NCBI GenBank assembly: GCA_019429145.1
Contig: JAHYJI010000001.1
Coordinates: 2,535-66,534, forward strand
Direction: 5' to 3'
DNA: 64,000 nucleotides
Source: Coriobacteriia bacterium
GTDB lineage: Bacteria > Actinomycetota > Coriobacteriia > Anaerosomatales > SLCP01
Position numbers and translations under genes: made by a program. The notes under the pieces are model-generated. The model saw only the letters and a list, made by a program, of their open reading frames with translations, was not told the origin of the DNA and made no database searches. Shown in pieces: positions 8,749 through 18,528 of the stretch (its first letter is position 1; each line of letters opens with the position of its first letter).

Positions 8749-8974
8749 GGGCGATCCTGTTGGCCGGCCGGATCGTCCGATGGCGCCACCTGAGTCCAGC
8801 TTCGGCCGTAGCGCTATAACACCACTCGCACGTCGCCGCCGCAATACCACATCTGCCCCCACGCGGATCGCGGTGCCGGCGCGCAGCCGCATCGACCAAA
8901 CTGCCCGTGTGAATGGAGCGTGGTTCTGCGAACGATGCAGCCGGAAGAAAGGCCAGTTCAGCGAGCATGCCGAA

Positions 8975-9040
8975 AGGCACAGACTTTGGTCAGCCCCCCT
9001 ACCGCACACCAAGTCAGGCAAGCCGGCGTCGAATCGGCCT
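8975..9040 (-). repeat. Degenerate third A-like fragment
   Basis: cccccctaccgcacaccaagtcaggcaagccgg resembles cccctcatcgcaccaagtctgcagggcggtagccgg of copy 2. Here accaagtc pairs with the upstream gactttggt instead. Confidence 0.3.
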
Positions 9041-9067
9041 TCTACCGCAACAGCCGGCTTGTCCCCC

Positions 9068-9145
9068 GAGGGCCGGTCTCACCATTGGCTCCCCGCCGGG
9101 ATCCTGGTGACCGATGTGATCCGGCGGATCGATGCCTCCCCTAAG
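9068..9145 (-). repeat. Repeat B copy 2 (degenerate terminator arm, no U-tract)
   Basis: It aligns with 8451-8528. The internal stem is kept with different bases (CCGCCGG/CCGGCGG). The distal hairpin is weakened and is followed by GTTGCGG rather than a T-run. Confidence 0.5.
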
Positions 9146-9175
9146 CAACCGCAGAGTCGCGGCGTCTTCCACGAG

Positions 9176-9231
9176 AATATACCCGCGATGCGGACAGCGG
9201 CGCACCAATCCTCATCATCCATCGGTATGAG
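9176..9231 (-). promoter_or_regulatory. Second copy of the dyad box (9215-9231, TCATCC-ATCG-GTATGA) plus -10-like TATATT (9176-9181)
   Basis: Read directly. The box-to-hexamer spacing is the same as in copy 1. Confidence 0.3.
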
Positions 9232-9239
9232 AGTGTCCC

Positions 9240-9264
9240 GCCGCCCGATACACCGGTCGGCGGC
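9240..9264 (-). terminator. Possible lon terminator hairpin (no U-tract)
   Basis: An 8-bp stem with one bulge (gccg(c)ccga / tcggcggc) begins 7 nt after the lon stop codon. Confidence 0.3.
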
Positions 9265-9270
9265 CTTTGC

Positions 9271-11634
9271 TCAGGTCTTACGCTTCTTCATGGTCGGGCG
9301 ACACGACTTGACCAGAGCGTTCATGAGGACCTCGTCCATGGTGGCGACCGGGATGATCTTGAGCTCCTCGCGCACGTGCCCGGGCATGAGTTCCAGGTCG
9401 CGCACGTTCTCCTTCGGGATGAGGACCGTCCTGAGTCCCGCGCGGTGAGCGGCGAGCAGCTTCTCCTTCAGGCCGCCGATGGGCAGAACCCGGCCCCTCA
9501 GGGTGATCTCGCCGGTCATCGCGATGTCGCGGCGCACCGGGCAGCCAGTGAGCACCGAGGCAAGGGCAGTGGCCATCGTGATTCCCGCCGAGGGCCCGTC
9601 CTTGGGAATGGCGGCTGCAGGCACGTGGATGTGCATGTCGAACTTGTCGGCGAAGTCCGGTTCGATCTCGAGCTCGGTAGTGCGGGTCCGGATGTACGAC
9701 ACCGCCGCTTGCGCCGACTCCTTCATCACGTCGCCGAGGTGACCGGTGAGCGTGAGACCGCCCTTGCCCGGCATCTTGGTGGCCTCGATGGTGATGACGT
9801 CGCCGCCCACCTCGGTCCACACGAGGCCGGTTGCGGCTCCTATCTCATCCTTCTCCTCTGCAAGTCCGAACGAGAACTTGGGCGGCCCTAGATACTTGTG
9901 TAGCGTGCGGCCGGTGACCCTCGTCTTGCTCTTCTTCCCTTCGACGACCTTGCGGGCGACCTGCCTGCAGACCATCGCGATCGTGCGCTCGAGGTTGCGG
10001 ACCCCCGCTTCGCGCGTGTACCGGCGGACCATCTCGCTGAGCGCGGAGCCATCGAACTCGAGCTTGCCCCTGGTCAGCCCGTGTTCCTTCAGCTGCTTGG
10101 GGATGAGGTACTGCTCGGCGATGTGGACCTTCTCCTCCTCGGTGTACCCGGGGAAGTGGATGACCTCCATCCGGTCCCGCAGCGCCGGAGGTATCGGGTC
10201 GAGCAGGTTCGCCGTCGTGATGAACATCACGTTCGACAGGTCGAAGGGCGCCTCCAGGTAGTGGTCCTGGAAGGCGAAGTTCTGCTCGGGATCGAGCACC
10301 TCGAGCAGCGCCGACGTCGGATCGCCCCGGAAGTCCATGCCGACCTTGTCGATCTCGTCCATCATGAAGACCGGGTTGTTGGTGCCCACCTGGCTGATCG
10401 ACTGGATGATGCGTCCCGGCAGCGCGCCCACATACGTGCGCCGGTGACCGCGGATCTCGGCCTCATCGCGAACTCCGCCGAGCGACATGCGGATGAATTC
10501 GCGCCCCAGAGAACGCGCGATCGATTTGCCGATCGACGTCTTACCGACACCGGGCGGCCCGACGAAGCACAGGATCGGACCGCGCATCCGGTCGGTGAGC
10601 TTGTGGACCGCGAGGTACTCGAGCACCCGCTCCTTGACCTTCTCGAGTCCGTAGTGGTCCTCGTCAAGGATCTGCTGGGCCTCCACGAGGTCCAGCTTCT
10701 CCTCGGACTCGGCGTTCCACGGCAGGCCGATCAGCCAGTCCAGATAGGTACGGATCACGCTCGTTTCCGCCGCCGCTGGTGGCATCTTCTCGAGGCGCCC
10801 GAGTTCCTTGAGGGCCTTCTCCTCGACCCGCTCGGGCATCGCCGCCTCGGCGATCTTCTCCTTGTACTCGTCGACCTCGGCCTGGACCTCGTCGAGGTGA
10901 CCGAGTTCCTGCTGGATGGCCTTGAGCTGCTCGCGCAGGAAGTACTCCCGCTGCGTCTTGGTCATCTGATCCTTCACGCGACTCTGAATCTTGGAACCCA
11001 GTTCGAGCAGCTCGATCTCCTTGCGCAGGAAGGTGCTCGCGCGCTCGAGGCGTGCGAACGGCTCGAGCGCCTCGAGGATCTCCTGCTTCTCCTCGACCTT
11101 CAGATTGAGGTGGAAGGCGATGAAGTCGGCGAGGCGCCCGGGCTCCTCGATCGCAGCGGCCGCCATCTGCACTTCCTGCGGGATGGGCTTGCCGAGCTCC
11201 GATGCCCGGCCGAAGTCGTGGACGAGTGCGCGCATGAGCGCCTCGGTCTCCATGTCGACCTCTTCGGACTCCTCGATCGGCTCGATGCGTACGAGGTAAT
11301 ACGGGTCGGTCTGCACGAACTCGACGATGCGTATCCGCTGCTGGCCCTCGACGAGTGCCTTGGCGGTGCCGTCGGGCAACTTGAGCTCCTGCATGATGGA
11401 GGCCACGCACCCGATCTCGTAGATGTCGTCCGGCCCCGGGTCCTGGGTCTCTGCATGCTTCTGCGTGACGAGCGCCACCAGATGCCCCTCGCGCATCGAC
11501 TCCTCGAGTGCATTGATCGAGCGCTCGCGACCCACGAACAGCGGCACGACCAGGTTCGGGAAGAGTATGAGGTCCCTGAGTGGAATCAGGGGCAGCACAT
11601 CGGGTATGGCACGAACGTCGCTTTGCTGAGACAT
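9271..11634 (-). CDS. lon: ATP-dependent Lon protease (LonA)
   Basis: 787 aa with an N-terminal LON substrate-binding domain, Walker [10 protein letters not shown], and the catalytic serine motif PKDGPSAGI. Confidence 0.97.
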   Translation of the reverse strand: MSQQSDVRAIPDVLPLIPLRDLILFPNLVVPLFVGRERSINALEESMREGHLVALVTQKHAETQDPGPDDIYEIGCVASIMQELKLPDGTAKALVEGQQRIRIVEFVQTDPYYLVRIEPIEESEEVDMETEALMRALVHDFGRASELGKPIPQEVQMAAAAIEEPGRLADFIAFHLNLKVEEKQEILEALEPFARLERASTFLRKEIELLELGSKIQSRVKDQMTKTQREYFLREQLKAIQQELGHLDEVQAEVDEYKEKIAEAAMPERVEEKALKELGRLEKMPPAAAETSVIRTYLDWLIGLPWNAESEEKLDLVEAQQILDEDHYGLEKVKERVLEYLAVHKLTDRMRGPILCFVGPPGVGKTSIGKSIARSLGREFIRMSLGGVRDEAEIRGHRRTYVGALPGRIIQSISQVGTNNPVFMMDEIDKVGMDFRGDPTSALLEVLDPEQNFAFQDHYLEAPFDLSNVMFITTANLLDPIPPALRDRMEVIHFPGYTEEEKVHIAEQYLIPKQLKEHGLTRGKLEFDGSALSEMVRRYTREAGVRNLERTIAMVCRQVARKVVEGKKSKTRVTGRTLHKYLGPPKFSFGLAEEKDEIGAATGLVWTEVGGDVITIEATKMPGKGGLTLTGHLGDVMKESAQAAVSYIRTRTTELEIEPDFADKFDMHIHVPAAAIPKDGPSAGITMATALASVLTGCPVRRDIAMTGEITLRGRVLPIGGLKEKLLAAHRAGLRTVLIPKENVRDLELMPGHVREELKIIPVATMDEVLMNALVKSCRPTMKKRKT

Positions 11635-11757
11635 CGCGGCGTGGTTCCTTTCGTCGTCTCCGTGCGATAATCATTCTGCCCTAATCTTCTGCACCATACA
11701 CGACACACCTACCCTCTCATCGCAGGTAGGTGCCGATACCGAACCGTTGGAGCGCAC

Positions 11758-13815
11758 GTGACGCCCACCGAACACCGGCCGGAGTGGCCCATCGGCCGCA
11801 GGGCCGTGACCATCATCCTGTCCGCCTGCCTCGTCGCCGGCATCGCGTTGCCATACCCGGGAGCATCGGCTGCACCCACGGCAGAACTGGCACCCCTCAG
11901 CATGCAACCGGACGGCGTCACCGTGGACACCGGACCGCTCTCGGTTCCGGCGGATGGCTCGTTCCGGATCGGCGTGGACGTCGATGTCCCCGAGCCGACC
12001 TCCTACCTCGAGGTCCGCTTGCAGATCCACCGGCCCACGGGACGCCTGCTGTTCCAGCGGACCGAGATCCGGAGCGATGTCGAGACCGGCACGGTGGATG
12101 TCGAGTTCGGCCGCGAGCTGGCCGACCTGGGGCTGCGGCCCGACGCGTACCCCTACGAGATCAGGGTGCGCATGCAGGCCGACGAAGTCGTAGAAAGGGT
12201 CGCGACCGGGTTCCTTCTGGTGCACGAGCCCGATCCCGGGGTCACCCCGGTCGCCCTTGCGGTCCGCATCTCCTCGACCCCGCGGTTCGACCCGCAGGGC
12301 CATCTCGTGACCGATCCCGCGCGCTCCACCGCCGCACTCGAACAAGCCGAGGCGTTGGCGCGAGCGGTACTCGACGACCCTTCGCTGCGTCTCACTCTGG
12401 CGATCGCACCCGTCACCCTCGACGAGTGGTCCCGGATCTCCCAGGGCTTCCTGCTCGCCGAGACCGAGGAGGGCCTCGTCGAGGTAGCCGCGGACGAACC
12501 CGGTCCGGCCAGGTACGCCGCTGCACTCGATACACTGCGCGAGGCGCTGGCGACCGGTCGTCTCGAACTCCTCGACGTGCCCTACGCCGACCCCGACATC
12601 GCCGCGCTCGCGGCCACCGACCGCCTCGGGGACCTTGCCGCGCACTACTCGCTGGGGCTCTCCACGTACCTTGCAGCGCTGGAGACCTCGCCTTCGGCAG
12701 GCACCGCGGTGTCACACGATCAGATTCCCGCTGCAGCGCTGGACGTGCTTGGAGAGCGTGGCATCCAGTTCGCGCTGATCGCTCCCCGGGACGATCAGAC
12801 GACAGGCGCGACCACCGAGCTGGCCTCCGAGCGGACCGCCGGGGGCCTGTACCGCATCGAGGGCTCGAGAGTGCGCGCGCTCGTGCTCCACCCCGAAGTC
12901 TGCGAGGCGCTCGAACAAGGGGCCGCCTCCGCGGGCACGCTGCTCGCGTTCCGCCACGCGATCTCCGAGAACGCAGCAATGCCCATCGTCACCCTCACCG
13001 ACCTCGGCCCGGGGCGCTCCGGCTCGATCGAATCGGTCATCGAGCTTGCGGGACTCCTCAACGGGGCCGAGTGGGCACGAGTGACAACCGCGTCGGATGC
13101 CGTCGGCATCCCGGGGCGACAGACGTACGCTCCCCCGGAGACCATCGAGATGACTCCGACCCCCCCGGCCGGATACTGGGGCGAGGTCGCCGAGGCACGG
13201 CGCTATGCGTCCGCGCTCGAGTACGCAGCCGGACCGAGCGACCCTGACGCGCGCCTGGCCGTGGAGGCTTCGCTCGTTGCCCAGAGTTCGAGATGGGCAG
13301 GCGCGGACGGGCGCTGGAGCATGGCCGACCGCGGGCGCGCATTCGCCTCCACGGCGCAGCGCCTTTCCAGCGGCGTACTCGATCAGGTCATCCTCACCGC
13401 AAAGGACGTTACCCTTGCCGGTCCGAAGGGCGACGTGCCCATCAGCATCGAGAACGGGTCCGCCAAGGACCTGACGGTAGAACTGAGGATGCACGCAGAC
13501 GACATGCAGATCGCCGGCGATGGACAACAGATCATCGTCCTGCGGCCGCAGGAGAACTTCCACACGGTCGCCGTCGACTTGCGCTCCGCGCTTGCCGACA
13601 GACTCGTTACCGAAGTGTGGGCCGGTGAGGTGATGCTGGCCTCGAGCAGCAGCGTGGTGCGCGCCTCGTATCTCGACCGCCTTGCGGTGGTCGGTGGTGT
13701 CATCGTCATTCTCCTCGGCCTGCTTCTCTTTATCAGAAGACGCGTTCGTGCGGCCGATGCTGATAAGATGCCCAAGGAAGCTCATGAGGGGCCCGAAGAG
13801 GGAACGACGCCGTGA
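11758..13815 (+). CDS. Large secreted protein with C-terminal TM anchor (possibly the actinobacterial Rv3909/DUF6049-like family)
   Basis: GTG start. It has an N-terminal signal/TM (AVTIILSACLVAGIALPYPGASA) and a C-terminal TM plus basic tail (VVGGVIVILLGLLLFIRRR). The family guess rests on size, topology and the position upstream of trxB-trxA, recalled from mycobacterial synteny. Confidence 0.55.
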   Translation: MTPTEHRPEWPIGRRAVTIILSACLVAGIALPYPGASAAPTAELAPLSMQPDGVTVDTGPLSVPADGSFRIGVDVDVPEPTSYLEVRLQIHRPTGRLLFQRTEIRSDVETGTVDVEFGRELADLGLRPDAYPYEIRVRMQADEVVERVATGFLLVHEPDPGVTPVALAVRISSTPRFDPQGHLVTDPARSTAALEQAEALARAVLDDPSLRLTLAIAPVTLDEWSRISQGFLLAETEEGLVEVAADEPGPARYAAALDTLREALATGRLELLDVPYADPDIAALAATDRLGDLAAHYSLGLSTYLAALETSPSAGTAVSHDQIPAAALDVLGERGIQFALIAPRDDQTTGATTELASERTAGGLYRIEGSRVRALVLHPEVCEALEQGAASAGTLLAFRHAISENAAMPIVTLTDLGPGRSGSIESVIELAGLLNGAEWARVTTASDAVGIPGRQTYAPPETIEMTPTPPAGYWGEVAEARRYASALEYAAGPSDPDARLAVEASLVAQSSRWAGADGRWSMADRGRAFASTAQRLSSGVLDQVILTAKDVTLAGPKGDVPISIENGSAKDLTVELRMHADDMQIAGDGQQIIVLRPQENFHTVAVDLRSALADRLVTEVWAGEVMLASSSSVVRASYLDRLAVVGGVIVILLGLLLFIRRRVRAADADKMPKEAHEGPEEGTTP

Positions 13816-14171
13816 AGAAGATCCTCATCATCGCACTTGTAGTGGCGCTCGCCGTGACCTTCGTCCACGATCTGGGTGCGTACGTGAGCACACGGCGAGC
13901 GGTCGTCGAAGCTGCGCGCGATGCCGCTGACGTGGCTGCGGGACTCGCTTCGAGTGGACGCGACGCAGCTGCACGCGCCGCCGCGGACAAGGCGCTCGAG
14001 CGCGATGTCACCGTCTACCTGTACAACCAAGATGAGACGCGAGTCGAGGTGTGGGCGAAGAAGGAGCTCGAGGGTACGTGGGTCTACCAGCCCGTTACGG
14101 GGCTCATCGAGGGCAGACCCGCCGATCAGCCGCCCGTGCTCGAGTACTACGCATCGACACCGATCCGGTAA
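13812..14171 (+). CDS. Small membrane-anchored hypothetical protein (119 aa)
   Basis: The GTG start overlaps the previous stop (GTGA). N-terminal TM (KKILIIALVVALAVTFV). GC3 is high. Confidence 0.5.
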   Translation: MKKILIIALVVALAVTFVHDLGAYVSTRRAVVEAARDAADVAAGLASSGRDAAARAAADKALERDVTVYLYNQDETRVEVWAKKELEGTWVYQPVTGLIEGRPADQPPVLEYYASTPIR

Positions 14172-14193
14172 GAGACTGGAGATCCGCCCGCTG

Positions 14194-15312
14194 ATGAAGA
14201 TCATCGTGATCGATACAAACGTGCTCCTTGCGGATCCGCAGTCTCTGCTGGCGTTCCCGGATTCGGAGGTTGTGATTCCGGAGACCGTCCTCGGCGAGTT
14301 GGACAAGCTCAAGACCTCGCGCGTCGATCCGGACCTCCGGTTCAGAGGACGTGAGGTCTCCCGGATCCTCTTCGAGCTGTCCGAGCAGGGCAGTCTCATC
14401 GGCGGCGTCGACCTGCCGGATGGTGGGCGGCTGCGCGTCGTCCCGCTCGACTCCGACGTGCCCACGCCCGAGGGACTCACCACACGCAACGCTGACGATC
14501 GCATCCTCGCCGTGGCGTTTCAGCTGTGCCACTCGGGTGGCTGCACCGACGGTCTGACCATGGTGACCAACGACCTCAACATGCTGCTCAAGGCGCAAAC
14601 CTACGGTCTGGAGGTCGAGCGCTACGCCGACGGGCCCGACGGGGGCTTCGCGAAGCGCTACATCATCAGGCCCTTCCAGCGCTACCGGGTGCCCCTGGGG
14701 ATCCTCGGGACCTCGCTTGCCGTTTTCGCAGCGATCATCGTTCTCGTGATCTGGGGCCCGGGGGCCCGCGACTCGGCTCCGTCGGCGGTGCCGGTTGAGT
14801 TCCGAGACCAGCTCCCGGCCGCGCAGCAACGGATCCTCGACTACCTCACCATCCTCGAGAGGGACGAGGCCAACCTCGATACCCGCCTCTCGCTCGCAAA
14901 CCTCTACTACGAACTGCGTCTGAGCACCGGGGACATCCGATACTCATCGCTCGCGGTAAGGCATTATGAGCGATACCTGGAGCTTCGGCCCGAGTCATCG
15001 GACGTGCGCGCCGACCTCGCCGCCTCGTACTTCTACGGGGGCCAGACCGATCGCGCGATCCAGGAGGCAGCGCGCATCCTCGAACAGGATGCCGAACACG
15101 TGCAGGCGACGTTCAATCTCGGCGTCTTCTACTGGCGTGGCAGGCAGGACTTCGCGGCCGCGGCCACGCAGTTCGCCAGGGTGATCGAACTGACGGCGAA
15201 CGGGGACGAGCAGGCGCAGTCCGTCAACCGCGAGGCGACCGCTGCGCTCGAACAGGTGCGCCAGGAGGCTGCGGACGCCGGTCAGCCACTTCCCGAAGGA
15301 GGGACCTTCTAG
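14194..15312 (+). CDS. PIN-domain nuclease fused to a TM helix and a TPR-repeat domain
   Basis: The N-terminus MKIIVIDTNVLL...VIPETVLGELD...NADDRILAVA...VTNDLNMLLKA carries the four acidic PIN positions. There is a TM at LGILGTSLAVFAAIIVLVIW, and the C-terminal ~190 aa has TPR-like A..Y/F periodicity. Confidence 0.7.
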   Translation: MKIIVIDTNVLLADPQSLLAFPDSEVVIPETVLGELDKLKTSRVDPDLRFRGREVSRILFELSEQGSLIGGVDLPDGGRLRVVPLDSDVPTPEGLTTRNADDRILAVAFQLCHSGGCTDGLTMVTNDLNMLLKAQTYGLEVERYADGPDGGFAKRYIIRPFQRYRVPLGILGTSLAVFAAIIVLVIWGPGARDSAPSAVPVEFRDQLPAAQQRILDYLTILERDEANLDTRLSLANLYYELRLSTGDIRYSSLAVRHYERYLELRPESSDVRADLAASYFYGGQTDRAIQEAARILEQDAEHVQATFNLGVFYWRGRQDFAAAATQFARVIELTANGDEQAQSVNREATAALEQVRQEAADAGQPLPEGGTF

Positions 15313-15313
15313 C

Positions 15314-16252
15314 ATGCGGACCGTCGACATCGCGATAGTCGGTGCGGGGCCGGCAGGCCTGACCGCCGCGCTCTACGCATCCCGCGCCAGGGCGAGCACC
15401 GTGGTCTTCGAGCGCGGAATCCCCGGCGGCCAGATCGTCACCACCGACTGGATCGAGAACTATCCCGGCTTCCCGAAGGGGCTCTCCGGTCAGGAGCTCG
15501 GTGACCTGATGCTCGCGCAGGCCGAGGAGTTCGGCGCCGAGGTCAAGCCGTTCACGAACATCACATCGATCCGGCCCGAAGACCTCGACTTCGTCGTAAC
15601 GACCGAGGACGGCGAGGAGTACCTGGCGCGCGCGGTCATCATCGCGACGGGCGCGATCCCGAAGAAGCTCGGCGTTCCGGGTGAGGCCGAGTACACGGGC
15701 CGCGGCGTTTCGTGGTGCGCCACATGCGATGGAGCGCTCTACAAAGACAAGACGGTGTGCGTTGTCGGCGGTGGAGACGCAGCTGTCGAGGAAGCGCTCT
15801 TCCTCACCAAGTTCGCAGCCAGGGTCCACATCATCCACCGCCGCGACGAGCTGCGCGCGACCAAGTGCATCCAGGAGCGGTGCTTCGAGAACGAGAAGAT
15901 CGAGATGCAGTGGAGCCGGGTTGTCTCGGCGATCGAAGGCGACGGCTCGAAGGTGACCGGCGCGCTGCTCCACTCCACGTCGGGGGCGGACGATCTGCTG
16001 CTGCCCGTCGACGGTGTCTTCATCTTCGTAGGCGTCGATCCGGTCAACGAGGTGGGTTCCGACCTTGTCGACCTGAACGAGAACGGGTACATCAAGATAG
16101 ACCACGACGGTCGCACGTCGTGGCCGGGGCTCTACGCGGCCGGTGATGTCACCGACTCAGACCTCAAACAGGTCATCACCGCGGCCGCCAAGGGCGCCTC
16201 GGCAGCGTTCGAGGCACTGCGCTTCATCGATGAGAAGGTCTGCGCCGTCTAG
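15314..16252 (+). CDS. trxB: Thioredoxin-disulfide reductase
   Basis: GAGPAG FAD motif, redox-active CATCDG, and GGGDAA NADPH motif. Confidence 0.95.
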   Translation: MRTVDIAIVGAGPAGLTAALYASRARASTVVFERGIPGGQIVTTDWIENYPGFPKGLSGQELGDLMLAQAEEFGAEVKPFTNITSIRPEDLDFVVTTEDGEEYLARAVIIATGAIPKKLGVPGEAEYTGRGVSWCATCDGALYKDKTVCVVGGGDAAVEEALFLTKFAARVHIIHRRDELRATKCIQERCFENEKIEMQWSRVVSAIEGDGSKVTGALLHSTSGADDLLLPVDGVFIFVGVDPVNEVGSDLVDLNENGYIKIDHDGRTSWPGLYAAGDVTDSDLKQVITAAAKGASAAFEALRFIDEKVCAV

Positions 16253-16276
16253 GCGCACCACGGAAGGAGACAAAGG

Positions 16277-16606
16277 ATGAGCGATGCGTTGATCCAGGTC
16301 ACTGATGCCGGATTCGAGAACGACGTTGTCAAGTCGGACAAGCCGGTCGTGCTCGACTTCTGGGCGCCGTGGTGCGGTCCGTGCCGCATGATGGAACCCG
16401 TCTTGAAGGAGCTTGCCGAGGAGTACGGCGACAAGATCGTGGTCGGCAAGCTCAACGTCGACGAGAACCCTGCGACCGCGCAGAAGTACGAGATCCTCTC
16501 GATCCCCACGCTGTTGATCTTCAGCGGGGGCGAGGTGGCCAAGAAGCTGGTCGGCGCGATGCCCAAGAAGCGTCTCGTCGAAGAGCTCGCCCCCTGGGTC
16601 GGTTAG
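16277..16606 (+). CDS. trxA: Thioredoxin
   Basis: 109 aa with the WAPWCGPCR active site. Confidence 0.95.
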   Translation: MSDALIQVTDAGFENDVVKSDKPVVLDFWAPWCGPCRMMEPVLKELAEEYGDKIVVGKLNVDENPATAQKYEILSIPTLLIFSGGEVAKKLVGAMPKKRLVEELAPWVG

Positions 16607-16614
16607 CCTGCCTG

Positions 16615-16665
16615 AACCCCGACCGGCTGCCACGCATCATCGGCGGCCGGTCGGGGTTCTTCCCC
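16615..16665 (+). terminator. trxA terminator
   Basis: A 13-bp stem aaccccgaccggc / gccggtcggggtt (16615-16627 / 16646-16658), followed by cttcccctc. Confidence 0.6.
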
Positions 16666-16732
16666 TCATATACCGAAGGCGAGGTAGATCCCTATCTGTG
16701 AGACCGGCGTCCATACCGGACAACTCAAACTG

Positions 16733-16939
16733 ATGATCGCGCAGGTCGACGACTCGCTCGCGATGGCTCAGCAGTGGCTGGAGCAGATCCATCACCTGGC
16801 GGACCACGCCGAGGAGCCCGATGGTAGCGCCCTGGTCGCACAGGCGACCGTCCTGCTCGGCGAGGCACGCGCGAAGCTGCAGTCATCGACCGAGCTCATC
16901 GGGAACGGGCCCGGCAAGGCCAGCGTCGAGCGCGTCTAG
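16733..16939 (+). CDS. Small acidic helical hypothetical protein (68 aa)
   Basis: It is the only ORF in this gap and has high GC3. There is no clear SD and I recognised no family. Confidence 0.3.
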   Translation: MIAQVDDSLAMAQQWLEQIHHLADHAEEPDGSALVAQATVLLGEARAKLQSSTELIGNGPGKASVERV

Positions 16940-17703
16940 CCCTGCCGGAGGTCCTGCACGGAACACACCGGGCACCCCTGCATGCCGAGAGGTCGTTCCA
17001 GCCCGCTCCTCTCGAGCAGCGCGGCATCGGCAAACACCTCGGCCGTCGGGCCGTCAGCCGTGATCGTCCCGCCGCTCATCACGATCGTGCGCTCGCACAG
17101 AGCCACGGCCATGTCCAGGTCGTGTGTAGCGATGATCTTCGTGTGCTCGAAGGTGGCGAGCAGTTCGATGAGCCGCCGCCTGGCGCGCGGATCGAGCTCC
17201 GAGGAGGGCTCGTCCATCACGAGCGCGCTCGGGCACATCGCAAGGACGGTGGCTATCGCCACTGCCCGCTTCTCGCCGCCGGAGAGCCGGTGAGGCGGCC
17301 GCTCCTTCAGGTGCGTCGCACCCACGCGTGCGAGCGCGTCATCAACCCGGGCCGTGACTTCCTCGGGTGGTAGCCCCAGATTCATCGGACCGAACCCGAC
17401 GTCCTCGGCCACGCTCGGCATGAAGAGCTGGTCGTCCGGGTCCTGGAAGACCATCCCGACCGACCTGCGGATGTCGTGCAGCGTCGTCTTGGTGACCGGC
17501 ACGTCGCCGATCCGCACGCTCCCCCCGGAGGGGACGAGGAACCCCATCAGGTGCATGAGCAAGGTCGACTTGCCGGCCCCGTTAGCGCCCACCAGTGCGA
17601 TCGACTCACCGTGTCCCACGAAAAACGACACTCCCGAGAGCGCAGCGGTGCCGTCCGGATAGCGGAAGGACACGTCCCTGACTTCAATAGTGTGGTGACT
17701 CAC
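16936..17703 (-). CDS. cbiO: ECF-type Ni/Co transporter ATPase component (CbiO/NikO)
   Basis: Walker A GANGAGKST, ABC signature LSGGEKR, and Walker B LVMDEP. The GTG start overlaps the cbiQ stop (GTGA). Confidence 0.85.
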   Translation of the reverse strand: MSHHTIEVRDVSFRYPDGTAALSGVSFFVGHGESIALVGANGAGKSTLLMHLMGFLVPSGGSVRIGDVPVTKTTLHDIRRSVGMVFQDPDDQLFMPSVAEDVGFGPMNLGLPPEEVTARVDDALARVGATHLKERPPHRLSGGEKRAVAIATVLAMCPSALVMDEPSSELDPRARRRLIELLATFEHTKIIATHDLDMAVALCERTIVMSGGTITADGPTAEVFADAALLERSGLERPLGMQGCPVCSVQDLRQG

Positions 17704-18512
17704 CTCATCGCCCCCATCACGAGCGCACCGAGCGTCACCGGCACGTTCACCAGCCGAAACACGACGAACGCAGCGGACCATCCGAGCACGAATACCGCAT
17801 CCCGGATCCCGAAGTGCAGAGAGGTCGCAAGCCGCACCTCCCCGTCGAAGGCGCGTGCAAGCATCGCCTGGTAGATGCGTTGGGCGCGCGCGTAGGTTCG
17901 AAGCAGCAGCTGGCCGAGGATCTGAACGTAGACGCCGAGCCCCATGCCCCGCCTACCGAACGATCTGAGAGCGCGCGCTCTGGCCATGCGCATCGTCTCT
18001 CCGCCGAGCACGAAGATGTAGCGGTAGAGCAGCAGGAGCTGGGTCACCAGGACGTCGGGCAGGCCCATCCGTCGCAGACCAAGACAGACACCGGAGAAGC
18101 TCGTCGTGGCAATGAGCACGAGAGCGGCGATCGTCGTGAGGAAGAAGCGTGCGAGTATGGAGGCGTACGAGACCCATCCACCGGAGATGCCGAGCCCGCC
18201 GATCTGGATGATGACCTCCCGGTCGAGAAGCGGGTTGAAGATGCCCACGAACACGGCGAACGGAGCAACGGCCAGCAGCTTGCGGAGGAGGAAGCCTGCA
18301 GGCAGGTCGGCCACTGCGATCAGCGCGACCGGGAAGATGACGAACGGGATCATCGGCACGAGGTCGTAGGAACCGAACGAAACGACGCACACCAGGAACA
18401 CCAGTGTCGTGAAGACCTTCGCGCGGGGGTCGAGCCGGTGCACGGGGGTGTCGTTGTAGGACAGGCGATCGAGTCGGCCTAGATCGTAGAGGCCCTCCTC
18501 CAACACCGACAT
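17700..18512 (-). CDS. cbiQ: ECF transporter transmembrane (T) component CbiQ/NikQ
   Basis: Polytopic membrane protein with a CbiQ-like conserved ARALRSFG.. segment. The start is ATG 18512, with GAGGGAG 12 nt upstream. Confidence 0.8.
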   Translation of the reverse strand: MSVLEEGLYDLGRLDRLSYNDTPVHRLDPRAKVFTTLVFLVCVVSFGSYDLVPMIPFVIFPVALIAVADLPAGFLLRKLLAVAPFAVFVGIFNPLLDREVIIQIGGLGISGGWVSYASILARFFLTTIAALVLIATTSFSGVCLGLRRMGLPDVLVTQLLLLYRYIFVLGGETMRMARARALRSFGRRGMGLGVYVQILGQLLLRTYARAQRIYQAMLARAFDGEVRLATSLHFGIRDAVFVLGWSAAFVVFRLVNVPVTLGALVMGAMR

Positions 18513-18528
18513 CGGGTCATCAGCTCCC

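Noticed and set aside
8982-9000. Minus-strand GGGGGGCUGACC resembling the tmRNA 5' end (GGGGCUGA)
   Set aside because: There is no tRNA-like 3' end (..UCCACCA with T-arm), no tag reading frame and no nearby smpB. The resemblance is limited to 8 nt.
8467-9270. ORFs of 64-222 aa listed in the lon-adhesin gap (for example 8636-8980, 8707-9021, 8780-9448)
   Set aside because: None has an SD or plausible start context, or protein-like composition. They run through conserved hairpin repeats. I treat the region as non-coding, with at most a decayed remnant.
10081-11670. 529-aa plus-strand ORF (and 336-aa minus-strand alternate frame) across lon
   Set aside because: The Lon frame carries all family signatures. 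These frames have an Arg/His/Asp/Glu-biased, low-complexity character and no start context.
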